Positions 35,949 to 45,655 are shown, counted from the first letter of the stretch. The stretch: 49,860 nucleotides of DNA from Candidatus Nanopelagicales bacterium (GCA_030728405.1 JANQZS010000008.1:1-49860); one strand, 5' to 3'. Translations and numbers: made by a program. Notes: generated from the letters alone by a model not told the origin.

Positions 35949-36275
35949 ATGCCGCTCACGCCGGCTGATATTCGGGCAGCAAAGTTTTCCTCGCGGCGCT
36001 TTCGCCTTGGCTATGACGTTGATGAAGTGGATCGATTCCTTGATCAGGTCGAGGGAGATATCGCTCAGTTAACCTCGGAACTTCGACTCGCACGCGACGC
36101 AGAAGGTGTATTGGAGAGCCAACTTGAGCAGTTGGCCATTCGTGTTGAGTTTCTGGAGAAGGCCTTGCGAGATACGACTCCATTGGGTGACCGAACGAGC
36201 GTCGATTCCGGTCTTGTCAAGGAGAAACTGAGGGCAATGCTGCTCGAGCAGCTTGCACTGTTAGACCGCTCGTAG
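35949..36275 (+). CDS. divIVA: DivIVA domain protein (short, 108 aa)
   Basis: 'MPLTPADIRAAKFSSRRFRLGYDVDEVDRFLDQVEGDIAQL' is the DivIVA N-terminal lipid-binding domain. Only a short coiled coil follows it. Confidence 0.85.
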   Translation: MPLTPADIRAAKFSSRRFRLGYDVDEVDRFLDQVEGDIAQLTSELRLARDAEGVLESQLEQLAIRVEFLEKALRDTTPLGDRTSVDSGLVKEKLRAMLLEQLALLDRS

Positions 36276-39200
36276 AATTGCTAACTCAACGGGAAGTTCG
36301 GTCTTTATCACCGTTGCCTCACTCGGTGCCGCCGCGTTCTGTACCTGAACGGCAAGAACATCGTCAGCGATTTCTGCCTCATGGGTGAGCAGAGCCGCGC
36401 TGAGTTTCTCGTCGGAGGAAGTCCAGAAAACCTGGATGCGATCGGTGATATCGAGCCCCGAAGTTTTCCGACCCTCTTGAAGGGCTCGAATCAGTTCTCT
36501 AGACAATCCAGCACTGATCAGTTCATCGTTCATGGCGAGATCCAGTGCAACACTTTCCCCCGCATCAGATGCAACGGTCCAACCCTCCTGAGGGGTTTCG
36601 GTGATGACGAGATCTTCTTCAGAAATATCAATGTCACCAAACCCCGTGACAGTTATCTGGCCTGTGCCAGTTGCTCTAATCGAGGCGACCAGCGCAGCTG
36701 CATCAGCGCCAGCGATGGCTGTTGCGATTGACGGAGTGTCTTTGGCGAATCGTTGGCCCAGCGAGCGGAAGTTCGCCTTGACGCTGAGGTTCACCAGAGC
36801 GTTATCGCCAAGGCCTTCTAGGTTCCACACATTGAGCTCTTCTGCGATCTGATCGCGAAGGTCGGATGAGAGTTCATTCCACCCAGAAGCAGAGATCAAC
36901 GCCCGTCCGAGTGGCTGCCTCGTGCGAACTCCGCTGTCTGCGCGAGCGGCTCGGCCGAGTTCCACCAGACGCCGCACGAGCGCCATGTCTGATTCGAGGC
37001 GGTCATCGATGAGGTCTTCACTGAGCTTCGGCCACGAAGCGAGGTGGACCGAACCGGAGGCATCGGGATCGGTACTGCGGAACAAGTCCTGCCACACCCG
37101 CTCAGTGATAAATGGTGTGAATGGGGCCATGCACAGGGTGACGGTCTGAAGCGCTTCGTGCAACGTAGCCAGCGCAGCTGGGTCACCGTCCCAGAAACGT
37201 CGCCGTGATCGGCGCACATACCAATTGGAAAGATCGTCGATGAAGGTGGCGATGAGACGTCCGGCTCGCTGAGTATCAAATTGATCGAGGGCAATGTCTA
37301 CCTCTCGGGCCAGTCGGTTGGATCCAGAGAGCACCCACCTGTCAATGAGTGGCCTATCGGCCGGCGCCGGATCACTGGAGGAAGGTGACCATTGCGAGGT
37401 CCGGGCGTAGAGCGATTGGAATGAAACCGTATTCCAATACGTAAGCAGCGTTTTGCGAACTACCTCGGAAATCGAGTTGTGCCCAACTCGCCGTGCCTGC
37501 CAGGGCGAGCCGCTCGCGAGCATGAACCACCGGACCGCATCGGCACCGTGCGCGTCCATGAAAGGAATGGGTTCGAGGACGTTGCCGAGATGCTTGCTCA
37601 TCTTGCGGCCCTCCTCGTCGAGGATGTGGCCAAGGCACACCACGTTCTTGTACGAGGACTCTTCAAACACAAGAGTGCCGATCGCCATGAGCGTGTAGAA
37701 CCAACCGCGCGTCTGGTCAATGGCTTCGCAAATAAAGTCAGCGGGATATTGCTCGGCGAAAGCTTCCGCATTGGTCTGTGGGTAGCCCAGTGCTGCGAAC
37801 GGCATTGATCCCGAGTCGTACCAGCAATCGATGACTTCAGGCACGCGGTGCGCGATGAGTGAACATTGCGGGCATGGGAATGAGATGTCATCGACAAAAG
37901 GTCGATGCGGATCGGTTTCAGTCACATCTTTTCCGCTGAGTTGGCTCAGTTCTGCCAATGACTCAATGGCCGTGAGATGGTCATCAGGGCACCGCCAAAT
38001 CGGCAACGGGGTTCCCCAGTAGCGATTGCGGGAAAGTGCCCAGTCGACGTTATTGGTTAGCCAATCGCCATACCGACCCCACTGAATCGTGGGTGGGAAC
38101 CAGTTGGTTTTTGCATTCTGTTCAAGAAGCTGGTCCTTGATCGCTGTCGTTCGGATGTACCACGAGGGCTGTGCGTAGTACATGAGTGGCGTGTGGCAGC
38201 GCCAGCAATGCGGGTACGCATGCTCATAAGGGTCCTTGCGAAACAGGAGGCCGCGTTCGAGGAGTGATGCGACCAAAGTCTCATCGGCCTTCTTAAAGAA
38301 CACGCCGCCCACCATGGGCACACTCGGCTCAAAGTGGCCATCTGCCGTGATCGGATTCACTACCGGCAAGTTGTAGGCGCGGCAAGAGATGAGGTCATCG
38401 GCACCAAACGCGGGAGACTGGTGCACAAGGCCGGTGCCGTCGTCGGTGGTGACGTAGTCGGCCAAGATCACGATGTGGGCATCGGGGATGTCGATGAGGT
38501 CGAATGGTCGCTGGTAGGTGGTGTATTCAAGATCCCGGCCGGAAATTGTCGCAAGAACCTTGTGCTCGGTATCGCCAAAAACCTGTGCGACGAGTTCGCT
38601 CGCTACGACGAGTTTCTCCCCGTCACTTTCGACGACGCAATACTCGGCGTTCGGATTCACCGCGACGGCCGTGTTAGAGACCAGAGTCCAAGGAGTCGTG
38701 GTCCACACCAAAAGTGCGCATCCGGGGAAACGCTCTGCAAGGCCACCCCCGGTTATGGGAAAGCGCACGTACACCGAAGGATCGACCACTGTTTCGTAGC
38801 CTTGCGCCAGTTCATGATCGGAGAGTCCGGTGCCGCAGCGCGGGCAGTAGGGCGCTACTCGATGATCCTGAACCAACAGGCCCTTATTGAAGATCTGCTT
38901 CAAAGACCACCAGACGCTCTGCACGTACTGGGCATCCATGGTCCAGTAGGCGCCGTCCATATCGACCCAGTAGCCCATCCGGCGAGTCATGTCGGAGAAT
39001 TCACCGACGTGCCGGAGTACCGATTCCCGGCAGCGGGCGTTGAATTCGGCAACCCCGTACGCCTCGATGTCACCTTTCCCGGTGAAACCGAGCTCCTTCT
39101 CGACAGCAAGTTCGACGGGCAGCCCGTGGCAGTCCCAGCCGGCCTGCCGTGGAACGTGGTAGCCCTTCATGGTGCGGTACCGGGGGAAGACATCCTTGAA

Positions 39201-39389
39201 GACCCGCGCCTCGACGTGATGAGCGCCAGGGGTGCCGTTGGCGGTCGGGGGCCCCTCGTAGAAAGTCCAGAGCGGCTTATCGGCTCGCGCAGCGACGGAG
39301 GCGGCAAATACCGCTTCCTCATCCCACATCTGGAGGATCTCGTGCTCAAGCCCAGGCAGGTCGATCTGCGCTGGCACAGCCTTGTACAT
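36261..39389 (-). CDS. ileS: Isoleucine--tRNA ligase (type 2 IleRS architecture)
   Basis: 'PPTANGTPGAHHVEARV' (HIGH-type), 'GRKMSKHLGN' (KMSKS) and zinc-finger-like 'CPRCGT', 'CWRCHT', 'CPQCS'. The ATG at 39389 is preceded by GGAGGA. The extension to 39479 was discarded. Confidence 0.95.
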   Translation of the reverse strand: MYKAVPAQIDLPGLEHEILQMWDEEAVFAASVAARADKPLWTFYEGPPTANGTPGAHHVEARVFKDVFPRYRTMKGYHVPRQAGWDCHGLPVELAVEKELGFTGKGDIEAYGVAEFNARCRESVLRHVGEFSDMTRRMGYWVDMDGAYWTMDAQYVQSVWWSLKQIFNKGLLVQDHRVAPYCPRCGTGLSDHELAQGYETVVDPSVYVRFPITGGGLAERFPGCALLVWTTTPWTLVSNTAVAVNPNAEYCVVESDGEKLVVASELVAQVFGDTEHKVLATISGRDLEYTTYQRPFDLIDIPDAHIVILADYVTTDDGTGLVHQSPAFGADDLISCRAYNLPVVNPITADGHFEPSVPMVGGVFFKKADETLVASLLERGLLFRKDPYEHAYPHCWRCHTPLMYYAQPSWYIRTTAIKDQLLEQNAKTNWFPPTIQWGRYGDWLTNNVDWALSRNRYWGTPLPIWRCPDDHLTAIESLAELSQLSGKDVTETDPHRPFVDDISFPCPQCSLIAHRVPEVIDCWYDSGSMPFAALGYPQTNAEAFAEQYPADFICEAIDQTRGWFYTLMAIGTLVFEESSYKNVVCLGHILDEEGRKMSKHLGNVLEPIPFMDAHGADAVRWFMLASGSPWQARRVGHNSISEVVRKTLLTYWNTVSFQSLYARTSQWSPSSSDPAPADRPLIDRWVLSGSNRLAREVDIALDQFDTQRAGRLIATFIDDLSNWYVRRSRRRFWDGDPAALATLHEALQTVTLCMAPFTPFITERVWQDLFRSTDPDASGSVHLASWPKLSEDLIDDRLESDMALVRRLVELGRAARADSGVRTRQPLGRALISASGWNELSSDLRDQIAEELNVWNLEGLGDNALVNLSVKANFRSLGQRFAKDTPSIATAIAGADAAALVASIRATGTGQITVTGFGDIDISEEDLVITETPQEGWTVASDAGESVALDLAMNDELISAGLSRELIRALQEGRKTSGLDITDRIQVFWTSSDEKLSAALLTHEAEIADDVLAVQVQNAAAPSEATVIKTELPVELAILRAV

Positions 39390-39523
39390 GTGTTCCTCCG
39401 TGAGGGTGGCCTTGAAGGATATCGGCCTCACCGGCGAGGCAACGAGGCGCGGACACCGATTGGCGCTTAGCATGCGCACGCGCAGCCCATTACGGGCTGC
39501 GGTCTCTTTGGGAGGGGGCGCAG

Positions 39524-40045
39524 GTGGCTACAGCAAAAAAGGTGGCTCCGGTTAAGAAGGCTGCTCCGGTTAAGAAGGCTGCTCCGGTTAAGAAGGCTGC
39601 TCCGGTTAAGAAGGCTGCACCGGTCAAGAACGCGCTGACTAAGAAAAAGAAGCCGCTCGTGGTCCGCGAGGACGAGAGTCCCTGGACAAAAGCTGAATTG
39701 ACGCAGGTCCGCAAAGCGCTTGAGGAAGAGAAAGTCCGCTTGCTCGAGGAGATCGCTGTCAGCGAAGCTGGACTTGAGGATCTGATCCGCGATTCAGGCG
39801 ACGGCGCAGGCGATGATCAAGCTGATGCTGGCAGCAAGACTTTTGAACGCGAACATGAAATGTCTCTGGCGAATAACTCGCGAGCGATGCTCTTGCAGGT
39901 GGAACACGCCATAGTCCGCATTGGCAATGGTACTTACGGAGAATGTGAAGTGTGCGATAAGCCAATCGGCAAATATCGCCTCCAGGCCTTCCCCCGGGCA
40001 ACCCAGTGCATGAGTTGTAAGCAGGCTGAAGAGCGGCTGATGTAG
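39524..40045 (+). CDS. TraR/DksA family C4 zinc-finger regulator with a basic KKAAPV-repeat N-terminal tail
   Basis: 'CEVCDKPIGKYRLQAFPRATQCMSCKQ' (C-x2-C-x17-C-x2-C) and the coiled-coil region 'LEEEKVRLLEEI'. GGGAGGGGG Shine-Dalgarno before the GTG. Confidence 0.85.
   Translation: MATAKKVAPVKKAAPVKKAAPVKKAAPVKKAAPVKNALTKKKKPLVVREDESPWTKAELTQVRKALEEEKVRLLEEIAVSEAGLEDLIRDSGDGAGDDQADAGSKTFEREHEMSLANNSRAMLLQVEHAIVRIGNGTYGECEVCDKPIGKYRLQAFPRATQCMSCKQAEERLM
39541..39630 (+). repeat. Five tandem 18-bp units (in-frame, coding (V/A)APVKK)
   Basis: Units 2-4 (39559-39612) are identical: ggctgctccggttaagaa. Unit 1 differs at 2 nt and unit 5 at 2 nt. Confidence 0.95.
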
Positions 40046-40051
40046 TAATCG

Positions 40052-40627
40052 GTGGCAGGAGACATGTGCCCCTGCCCGTACAGTGAGTGCGTGAGTGAAG
40101 AAGTGGAACAGGTTCAGGCACCGAAACGGCTCCTGTGGCTGGTACTCGTTGTAGCGGCCGTGGTCGTGGTGCTGGATCAGATCTCCAAGTACTGGGCTGC
40201 AACCTCGATCCGCGATCGGCTCGAATCTGGCGAAGGCGCCATCGAGATCGTGGGAAGTTTCCTGAAATTCACATATGCAGAAAACACCGGTGCAGCTTTC
40301 AGTATTGGTACTGGTTTCACCTGGATCTTCACATCGGTGGCGATCGTCGTCGTCATTGTGATTATTCGATCTGCCTCGCGCTTAACGAACCCAGCGTGGG
40401 CAATTGCCCTGGGGGGGCTGCTTGGTGGGTCCTTAGGCAACCTCATAGACCGAATGACCCGCGACCCTGCCCCGTTCCGAGGCTATGTTGTTGATTTCAT
40501 TCAAGTTCCGAATTTCCCTATCTTCAACGTCGCCGATATGGCGATTGTTGGATCATCAATCTTGATGGTGGTCCTTGCCGTTCGCGGAGTTGAATTCAGC
40601 AAATCCAGCCGGAAAGTGTCCGCATGA
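40052..40627 (+). CDS. lspA: Lipoprotein signal peptidase II
   Basis: '[12 protein letters not shown]', 'GNLIDR' and '[20 protein letters not shown]'. The start is uncertain (GTG 40052, ATG 40064 or GTG 40091). Confidence 0.9.
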   Translation: MAGDMCPCPYSECVSEEVEQVQAPKRLLWLVLVVAAVVVVLDQISKYWAATSIRDRLESGEGAIEIVGSFLKFTYAENTGAAFSIGTGFTWIFTSVAIVVVIVIIRSASRLTNPAWAIALGGLLGGSLGNLIDRMTRDPAPFRGYVVDFIQVPNFPIFNVADMAIVGSSILMVVLAVRGVEFSKSSRKVSA

Positions 40628-41568
40628 CCGTGCGATCCATGCCAGTGCCCGAGGGACTCGCCGGTGAAAGAATTGACGTCGCATTGACCCGACTGCTCGG
40701 CGTTTCCAGGTCCCGAGCTGCGCTCATCATTGATGCCGGTGCCGTAGCGATAAATGGCAAGGCTGCCATCAAGTCGGACCGAGTCGGGGAGAACGCTTGG
40801 CTTGAAGTCGATATGGACGCCGTCGATGATCAGCCAGCAACTGACATTGTTGCGGTTGAAGTTCCCGGTATGAAAGTGCTCTACGACGATGCTGATGTGG
40901 TGGTGGTGGACAAGCCAGTAGGCGTAGCCGCCCACCCAAGCCCTGGCTGGACCGGACCCACTGTGTTAGGCGGGCTGGCAGCTGCGGGCTATCGCATCTC
41001 GACATCAGGAGCGGCAGAACGGCAAGGAATCGTGCACCGCCTCGATGTGGGTACCTCCGGTGCAATGGCAGTTGCCAAGAGTGAGATCGCCTACACCTCC
41101 TTGAAACGTCAGTTCAAGGAGCGCACCGTTGAAAAGGAGTACCACGCGGTTGTGCAGGGGCAACTAGATCCGCTGCGCGGCACGGTGGATGCACCCATTG
41201 ATCGACACCCCACGGCTGAATACAAATGGGCGGTGGTCTCCGGCGGTCGGCCAAGTGTCACGCACTATGAAACTCAGGAAGCCTGGCCACACGCATCGTT
41301 GGTGCAGGTCCATCTAGAGACTGGGCGTACGCACCAAATCCGGGTGCATATGGCAGCCATGAAGCACCCCTGTGTGGGCGACATTACATATGGGGCCGAT
41401 CCCATCCTTTCGGCTCGCTTGGGACTCAAGAGACAGTGGTTGCACGCGGTGCAATTGGGATTTGATCACCCGGTGACCGGGGAGCGGATAGTTGTTCGGA
41501 GCGCTTACCCTGAGGATCTGGCGTTTGCTCTGGAGCGTCTGCGCGATCAGCAACCGTCAAAAAGTTAG
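40624..41568 (+). CDS. rluD: RluA-family 23S rRNA pseudouridine synthase (RluD-like)
   Basis: N-terminal S4-like domain, '[15 protein letters not shown]' catalytic motif and '[12 protein letters not shown]'. ATGA overlap with lspA. Confidence 0.9.
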   Translation: MTVRSMPVPEGLAGERIDVALTRLLGVSRSRAALIIDAGAVAINGKAAIKSDRVGENAWLEVDMDAVDDQPATDIVAVEVPGMKVLYDDADVVVVDKPVGVAAHPSPGWTGPTVLGGLAAAGYRISTSGAAERQGIVHRLDVGTSGAMAVAKSEIAYTSLKRQFKERTVEKEYHAVVQGQLDPLRGTVDAPIDRHPTAEYKWAVVSGGRPSVTHYETQEAWPHASLVQVHLETGRTHQIRVHMAAMKHPCVGDITYGADPILSARLGLKRQWLHAVQLGFDHPVTGERIVVRSAYPEDLAFALERLRDQQPSKS

Positions 41569-41577
41569 GGTGGGGAG

Positions 41578-44500
41578 ATGCCTTCGGAGGATTCGTTCGT
41601 ACACCTCCATGTGCACACCGAGTATTCAATGCTCGACGGAGCGGCGCGGCTAAAAGACCTCTTTACAGAGGCGAAACGGCTAGAAATGCCGGCGGTTGCC
41701 ATGACCGACCACGGCAACCTCTTTGGCGCCTACGACTTCTACAAGACCGCGCAAGCTCATGGAATCAAGCCCATCATTGGGATCGAAGGTTATTTCGCTC
41801 CGCAGGGCAGGTTTGAGCGCAAGCCGTTTGATTTCGGTGGTGGGTTCGACGAAGGGACCCCGGAAGACCCCGGCGCAGGTCGCGGTAAACACAGCTACAC
41901 CCACATGACCCTGTGGGCAGAAAATTCACCCGGGATGCACAATCTTTTCCGGCTTTCATCATTAGCCAGCCTGGAAGGGATGTATCACAAACCGCGCTTT
42001 GATCGCGATCTGCTGCAGACCTACGGCAAGGGGATCATCGGTACCACGGGGTGTCCGAGCGGCGAAGTCAACCGCTGGCTGCAGGCGGGGCAATATGACA
42101 AAGCCCGGGCTGCGGCAGCGGATATGCGCGACATTCTTGGCGCCGAAAACTATTTCTGTGAGCTCATGGATCACGGGCTCGCCATCGAAAGACGTTTTCG
42201 TGAAGATCTGATCAAGATTGCGCGCGATCTCAAGCTTCCGCTAGTGGCTACCAACGATTTGCATTACGTGCACGCGAGCGATGCCGACATGCACGAAGCT
42301 TTGTTGTGCATCGGTACCCGAACCACGATGGACGACCCCAAACGCTTCCGATTTGATGCCCGAGATTTCTACGTCAAATCCGCCGCTGAAATGCGTTCGG
42401 TATGGTCCGAATTCCCCGAGGCCTGCGATAACACCCTTCTCATCGCAGAGCGCTGCGACGTGTCATTTAACGAAGGCGCAAATCTGATGCCCGCCTTCGA
42501 CGTGCCGGTAGGTGAGTCAGAAGAGTCGTGGTTGGGTAAAGAGGTCGAACGGGGGCTGCTGCACAGATACAAAGGCGCGGTCCCGGAAAACGTTCGCAAG
42601 CAGGCCGAATACGAAATCGGCGTCGTGAATCAAATGGGCTTTCCTGGCTACTTTCTGGTGGTCGCAGACCTTTGCCGCCATGCAAAAGAAAGCGGAATCA
42701 GGGTCGGCCCAGGTCGTGGGTCGGCAGCAGGAGCAATGATCGCTTACGCACTGGGAATCACAGATCTCGATCCCATTGAGCACGGATTGCTGTTCGAGCG
42801 GTTCTTGAACCCGGAGAGAATTTCCATGCCTGATATCGACATCGACTTCGATGAGCGTCGTCGCGGCGACATGATTCGCTACGCAACTGAAAAGTACGGC
42901 GAAGAACGCGTCGCGCAAATCGTCACCTACGGCTCCATTAAGGCCAAGGCTGCGATCAAGGACAGTGCACGGGTTCTGGGCTATCCGTACGCGGTCGGAG
43001 ACAAAATCACCAAAGCAATGCCACCTGCGGTGATGGGAAAAGATCTCTCTCTTGCAGGCGTGTTTGATCCGAGTGAGTCGCGGTATGGCGAAGCTGCGGA
43101 ATTCCGCGCGCTGTATGAAACTGATCCAGAGGTGAGAAGAGTCGTTGATACAGCCAAGGCCCTGGAGGGATTGAAGCGCCAACCCGGCGTGCACGCGGCT
43201 GGTGTGATTCTGTGTCGCGAGCCACTCCTTGACGTAGTGCCACTGTGGCGACGCGAACTTGACGGCGCGGTCATCACCCAATTCGACATGGGTGTGTGTG
43301 AATCACTCGGCTTGCTCAAAATGGATTTCCTGGGACTACGAAACCTGTCTGTTTTAGATGACTGTCTTCACAACATTGAAGTGAACGGCGATTCTCGAAT
43401 CGTCCTCGAAGAGCTCACGCTGGATGATCCGGTTACGTATGAGTTGCTCTCTCGCGGTGACACCTTGGGGGTTTTCCAGCTCGATGGTGGTCCTATGCGC
43501 GCACTGCTCCGCTCGATGCAGCCGGATAACTTTGAAGACATTTCAGCGGTGCTTGCGTTGTATCGCCCCGGACCCATGGGTGCTAACGCGCACAACGACT
43601 ACGCAGACCGAAAAAATGGGCGAAAGCCTGTAGTGCCGATCCATCCTGAACTAGAAGAGCCGCTCTCGGAGATTCTCGGTGACACCTACGGATTGATCGT
43701 TTACCAGGAACAGGTCATGGCCATCGCCCAACAACTGGCTGGCTACTCCCTCGGCAAGGCGGATTTGCTGCGCCGCGCGATGGGCAAGAAGAAGAAATCC
43801 ATTCTTGACGCTGAATTCGTCCCGTTTCGAGACGGCATGCGTGAGCGCGGCTATTCAGACGGCTCAATTAGCACTCTGTGGGAAATTCTCGTCCCCTTCT
43901 CGGACTATGCGTTCAATAAGGCACACACCGCTGGCTACGGATTGGTGTCGTACTGGACCGCATTCCTGAAAGCCAACTTCCCTGCGGAGTACATGGCCGC
44001 GCTGCTCACCAGTGTTAAAGATGACAAAGACAAGTCAGCCATCTACCTCAACGAGTGCCGACGAATGGGCATCAAGGTGCTACCCCCTGACGTGAATGAC
44101 TCTGATTTTGATTTCACGCCACGGGGCACAGACATCCGTTTTGGGCTTTCGGCAATCCGAAACGTGGGTGGAAACGTCGTCGATTCTATTTTGGCAACCC
44201 GCAAAAGTGTGGGTCGGTTCGCAGATTTCCATGATTTCATCGCGAAGGTGGAATCTTCTGTCTGCAACAAGCGTGTGGTGGAATCGCTCATCAAAGCTGG
44301 CGCATTCGACTCTTTGGGCCACACGAGAAAAGGCCTCACATTCATTCACGAATCTGTTCTTGATAATGCGATCGACATCAAACGCGCAGAAGCGATCGGA
44401 CAATTTGACCTCTTTGGTGGATTGGGCACGGATGAGGTGACCTCTCTTGTCGAGCGTCCAGTCATTCCAGTGGGCGAATGGGAAAAGAGCGTTTTGCTAG

Positions 44501-45114
44501 CCCATGAGCGCGACATGCTGGGACTGTATGTTTCTGATCATCCTTTGCAAGGACTCGAGGGTTTGCTTGCGCAGTCATCTGACCGGAGCATTGCATCGCT
44601 CTTGATGGATGATCGACTCGACACCGCGGTTGTCACTCTCGGTGGGTTGGTCACGTCCGTGCAACGCAAAACGACCAAAAAGGGTTCTTCATGGGCCATC
44701 GTCACCCTCGAAGATCTTGAGGGATCCGTTGACATCATGGTCTTCCCGCAAACGTATAACCAAGTGAGCACGATGCTCGTCGACGACACCGTCATCATCG
44801 TGAAAGCGCGGGCGGAACGATCTGACGACGAAGGCGTGCGGGTTATCGCACTCGAGGTCAGTGCTCCGGACACATCAGAAGCGATTTCTGGGCCTGTTCG
44901 ATTGAGCATGGCTGCTGCTCGGTGCATTCCTCCGCTAGTGGAAAGACTCAAGGAAGTTTTGGCAGCTCATCCCGGAACCACTGAGGTGCACTTACACCTG
45001 ACGGGTGGCGCCAACACAACAGTTCTCCGACTCGACGATGCGCTTCGAGTGACGCCGTCTCCATCGCTGTATGGCGATCTCAAAGCGCTCTTGGGTCCTT
45101 CGTGTTTGAGTTAA
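41578..45114 (+). CDS. dnaE: DNA polymerase III alpha subunit (replicative DnaE1)
   Basis: Intact PHP domain 'FVHLHVHTEYSMLDGA...MTDHGNLFG', catalytic 'MPDIDIDFDE' and 'LLKMDFLGLRNL', clamp motif 'QFDLF' and an OB fold. Confidence 0.95.
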   Translation: MPSEDSFVHLHVHTEYSMLDGAARLKDLFTEAKRLEMPAVAMTDHGNLFGAYDFYKTAQAHGIKPIIGIEGYFAPQGRFERKPFDFGGGFDEGTPEDPGAGRGKHSYTHMTLWAENSPGMHNLFRLSSLASLEGMYHKPRFDRDLLQTYGKGIIGTTGCPSGEVNRWLQAGQYDKARAAAADMRDILGAENYFCELMDHGLAIERRFREDLIKIARDLKLPLVATNDLHYVHASDADMHEALLCIGTRTTMDDPKRFRFDARDFYVKSAAEMRSVWSEFPEACDNTLLIAERCDVSFNEGANLMPAFDVPVGESEESWLGKEVERGLLHRYKGAVPENVRKQAEYEIGVVNQMGFPGYFLVVADLCRHAKESGIRVGPGRGSAAGAMIAYALGITDLDPIEHGLLFERFLNPERISMPDIDIDFDERRRGDMIRYATEKYGEERVAQIVTYGSIKAKAAIKDSARVLGYPYAVGDKITKAMPPAVMGKDLSLAGVFDPSESRYGEAAEFRALYETDPEVRRVVDTAKALEGLKRQPGVHAAGVILCREPLLDVVPLWRRELDGAVITQFDMGVCESLGLLKMDFLGLRNLSVLDDCLHNIEVNGDSRIVLEELTLDDPVTYELLSRGDTLGVFQLDGGPMRALLRSMQPDNFEDISAVLALYRPGPMGANAHNDYADRKNGRKPVVPIHPELEEPLSEILGDTYGLIVYQEQVMAIAQQLAGYSLGKADLLRRAMGKKKKSILDAEFVPFRDGMRERGYSDGSISTLWEILVPFSDYAFNKAHTAGYGLVSYWTAFLKANFPAEYMAALLTSVKDDKDKSAIYLNECRRMGIKVLPPDVNDSDFDFTPRGTDIRFGLSAIRNVGGNVVDSILATRKSVGRFADFHDFIAKVESSVCNKRVVESLIKAGAFDSLGHTRKGLTFIHESVLDNAIDIKRAEAIGQFDLFGGLGTDEVTSLVERPVIPVGEWEKSVLLAHERDMLGLYVSDHPLQGLEGLLAQSSDRSIASLLMDDRLDTAVVTLGGLVTSVQRKTTKKGSSWAIVTLEDLEGSVDIMVFPQTYNQVSTMLVDDTVIIVKARAERSDDEGVRVIALEVSAPDTSEAISGPVRLSMAAARCIPPLVERLKEVLAAHPGTTEVHLHLTGGANTTVLRLDDALRVTPSPSLYGDLKALLGPSCLS

Positions 45115-45139
45115 GGCAAGCCCGATCTGCGGTGATTTC

Positions 45140-45655
45140 GTGAGTGCCACAAAGCGAGCCAGTGCGGTTATCGGCGCCGGAATCATCATGGGCGGACTGG
45201 CTGGCGCGGCCCTCGGTGTCTTGTGGTGGCAATTGGCTCCCCGAGTGCCGATAGTCGTTAAGGGAGATGACGTTCGCCCCGACGTGTTTCAGCCAGAAGG
45301 CTTTTTTGCAGCAGACGTTGCCTTTACAGCGCTTGCTGTGGTTGCCGGACTCATCGTCACCATCGGCCTTGCCAGAATGCGTCGTGAAGACTTAATCGGC
45401 GTGTTGGTCGCCGCGCTACTCGCCGGAGCAATCGGCACCTTTGTTATGTGGTTCGTGGGAACCCGACTCGGATCGGTCGACATCGAGGGCCTGATTGGAA
45501 CCACCGAGTCGGAAATCGTGGTCGATGGTCCACTGACCGTTTCCCTCCCTGCAGCATTTGTCGTGTGGCCCTTGATTGCGGCAATAACAGTCACGCTGTT
45601 GGCGCTGGGGGACTGGCTCTCCCAACGGCGATCTGCGCCACCATCGCACTCGTAA
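45140..45655 (+). CDS. Hypothetical integral membrane protein (4 predicted TM helices)
   Basis: Hydrophobic segments 'VIGAGIIMGGLAGAALGVLWW', 'VAFTALAVVAGLIVTIGL', 'VLVAALLAGAIGTFVMWFV' and 'FVVWPLIAAITVTLLAL'. No family recognised with confidence. Confidence 0.55.
   Translation: MSATKRASAVIGAGIIMGGLAGAALGVLWWQLAPRVPIVVKGDDVRPDVFQPEGFFAADVAFTALAVVAGLIVTIGLARMRREDLIGVLVAALLAGAIGTFVMWFVGTRLGSVDIEGLIGTTESEIVVDGPLTVSLPAAFVVWPLIAAITVTLLALGDWLSQRRSAPPSHS

Noticed and set aside
38334-39470. 378-aa plus-strand ORF inside ileS. Similar long antisense ORFs occur at 32918-33775 (-), 42517-43281 (-), 16626-17219 (-), 6404-6997 (-) and 24637-25083 (-).
   Set aside because: Each lies entirely opposite a gene with unmistakable family motifs. 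Their translations are Arg/Pro/Gly/Ser-rich low-complexity sequences typical of shadow frames in GC-rich coding DNA, and none has a recognisable motif or Shine-Dalgarno.
39390-39523. Canonical T-box riboswitch upstream of ileS.
   Set aside because: One is expected from actinobacterial precedent. However, I could not find the conserved T-box sequence (GGUGGnACCGCG), a UGGN discriminator bulge or a recognisable Specifier-loop context. It is kept only as a divergent-leader hypothesis in the findings.
39541-39630. CRISPR-like appearance of the regularly repeated 18-bp units.
   Set aside because: The units are directly adjacent with no spacers. They are in frame within a gene with a good start and a downstream zinc-finger domain, and there are no cas genes. 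This is a coding tandem repeat.
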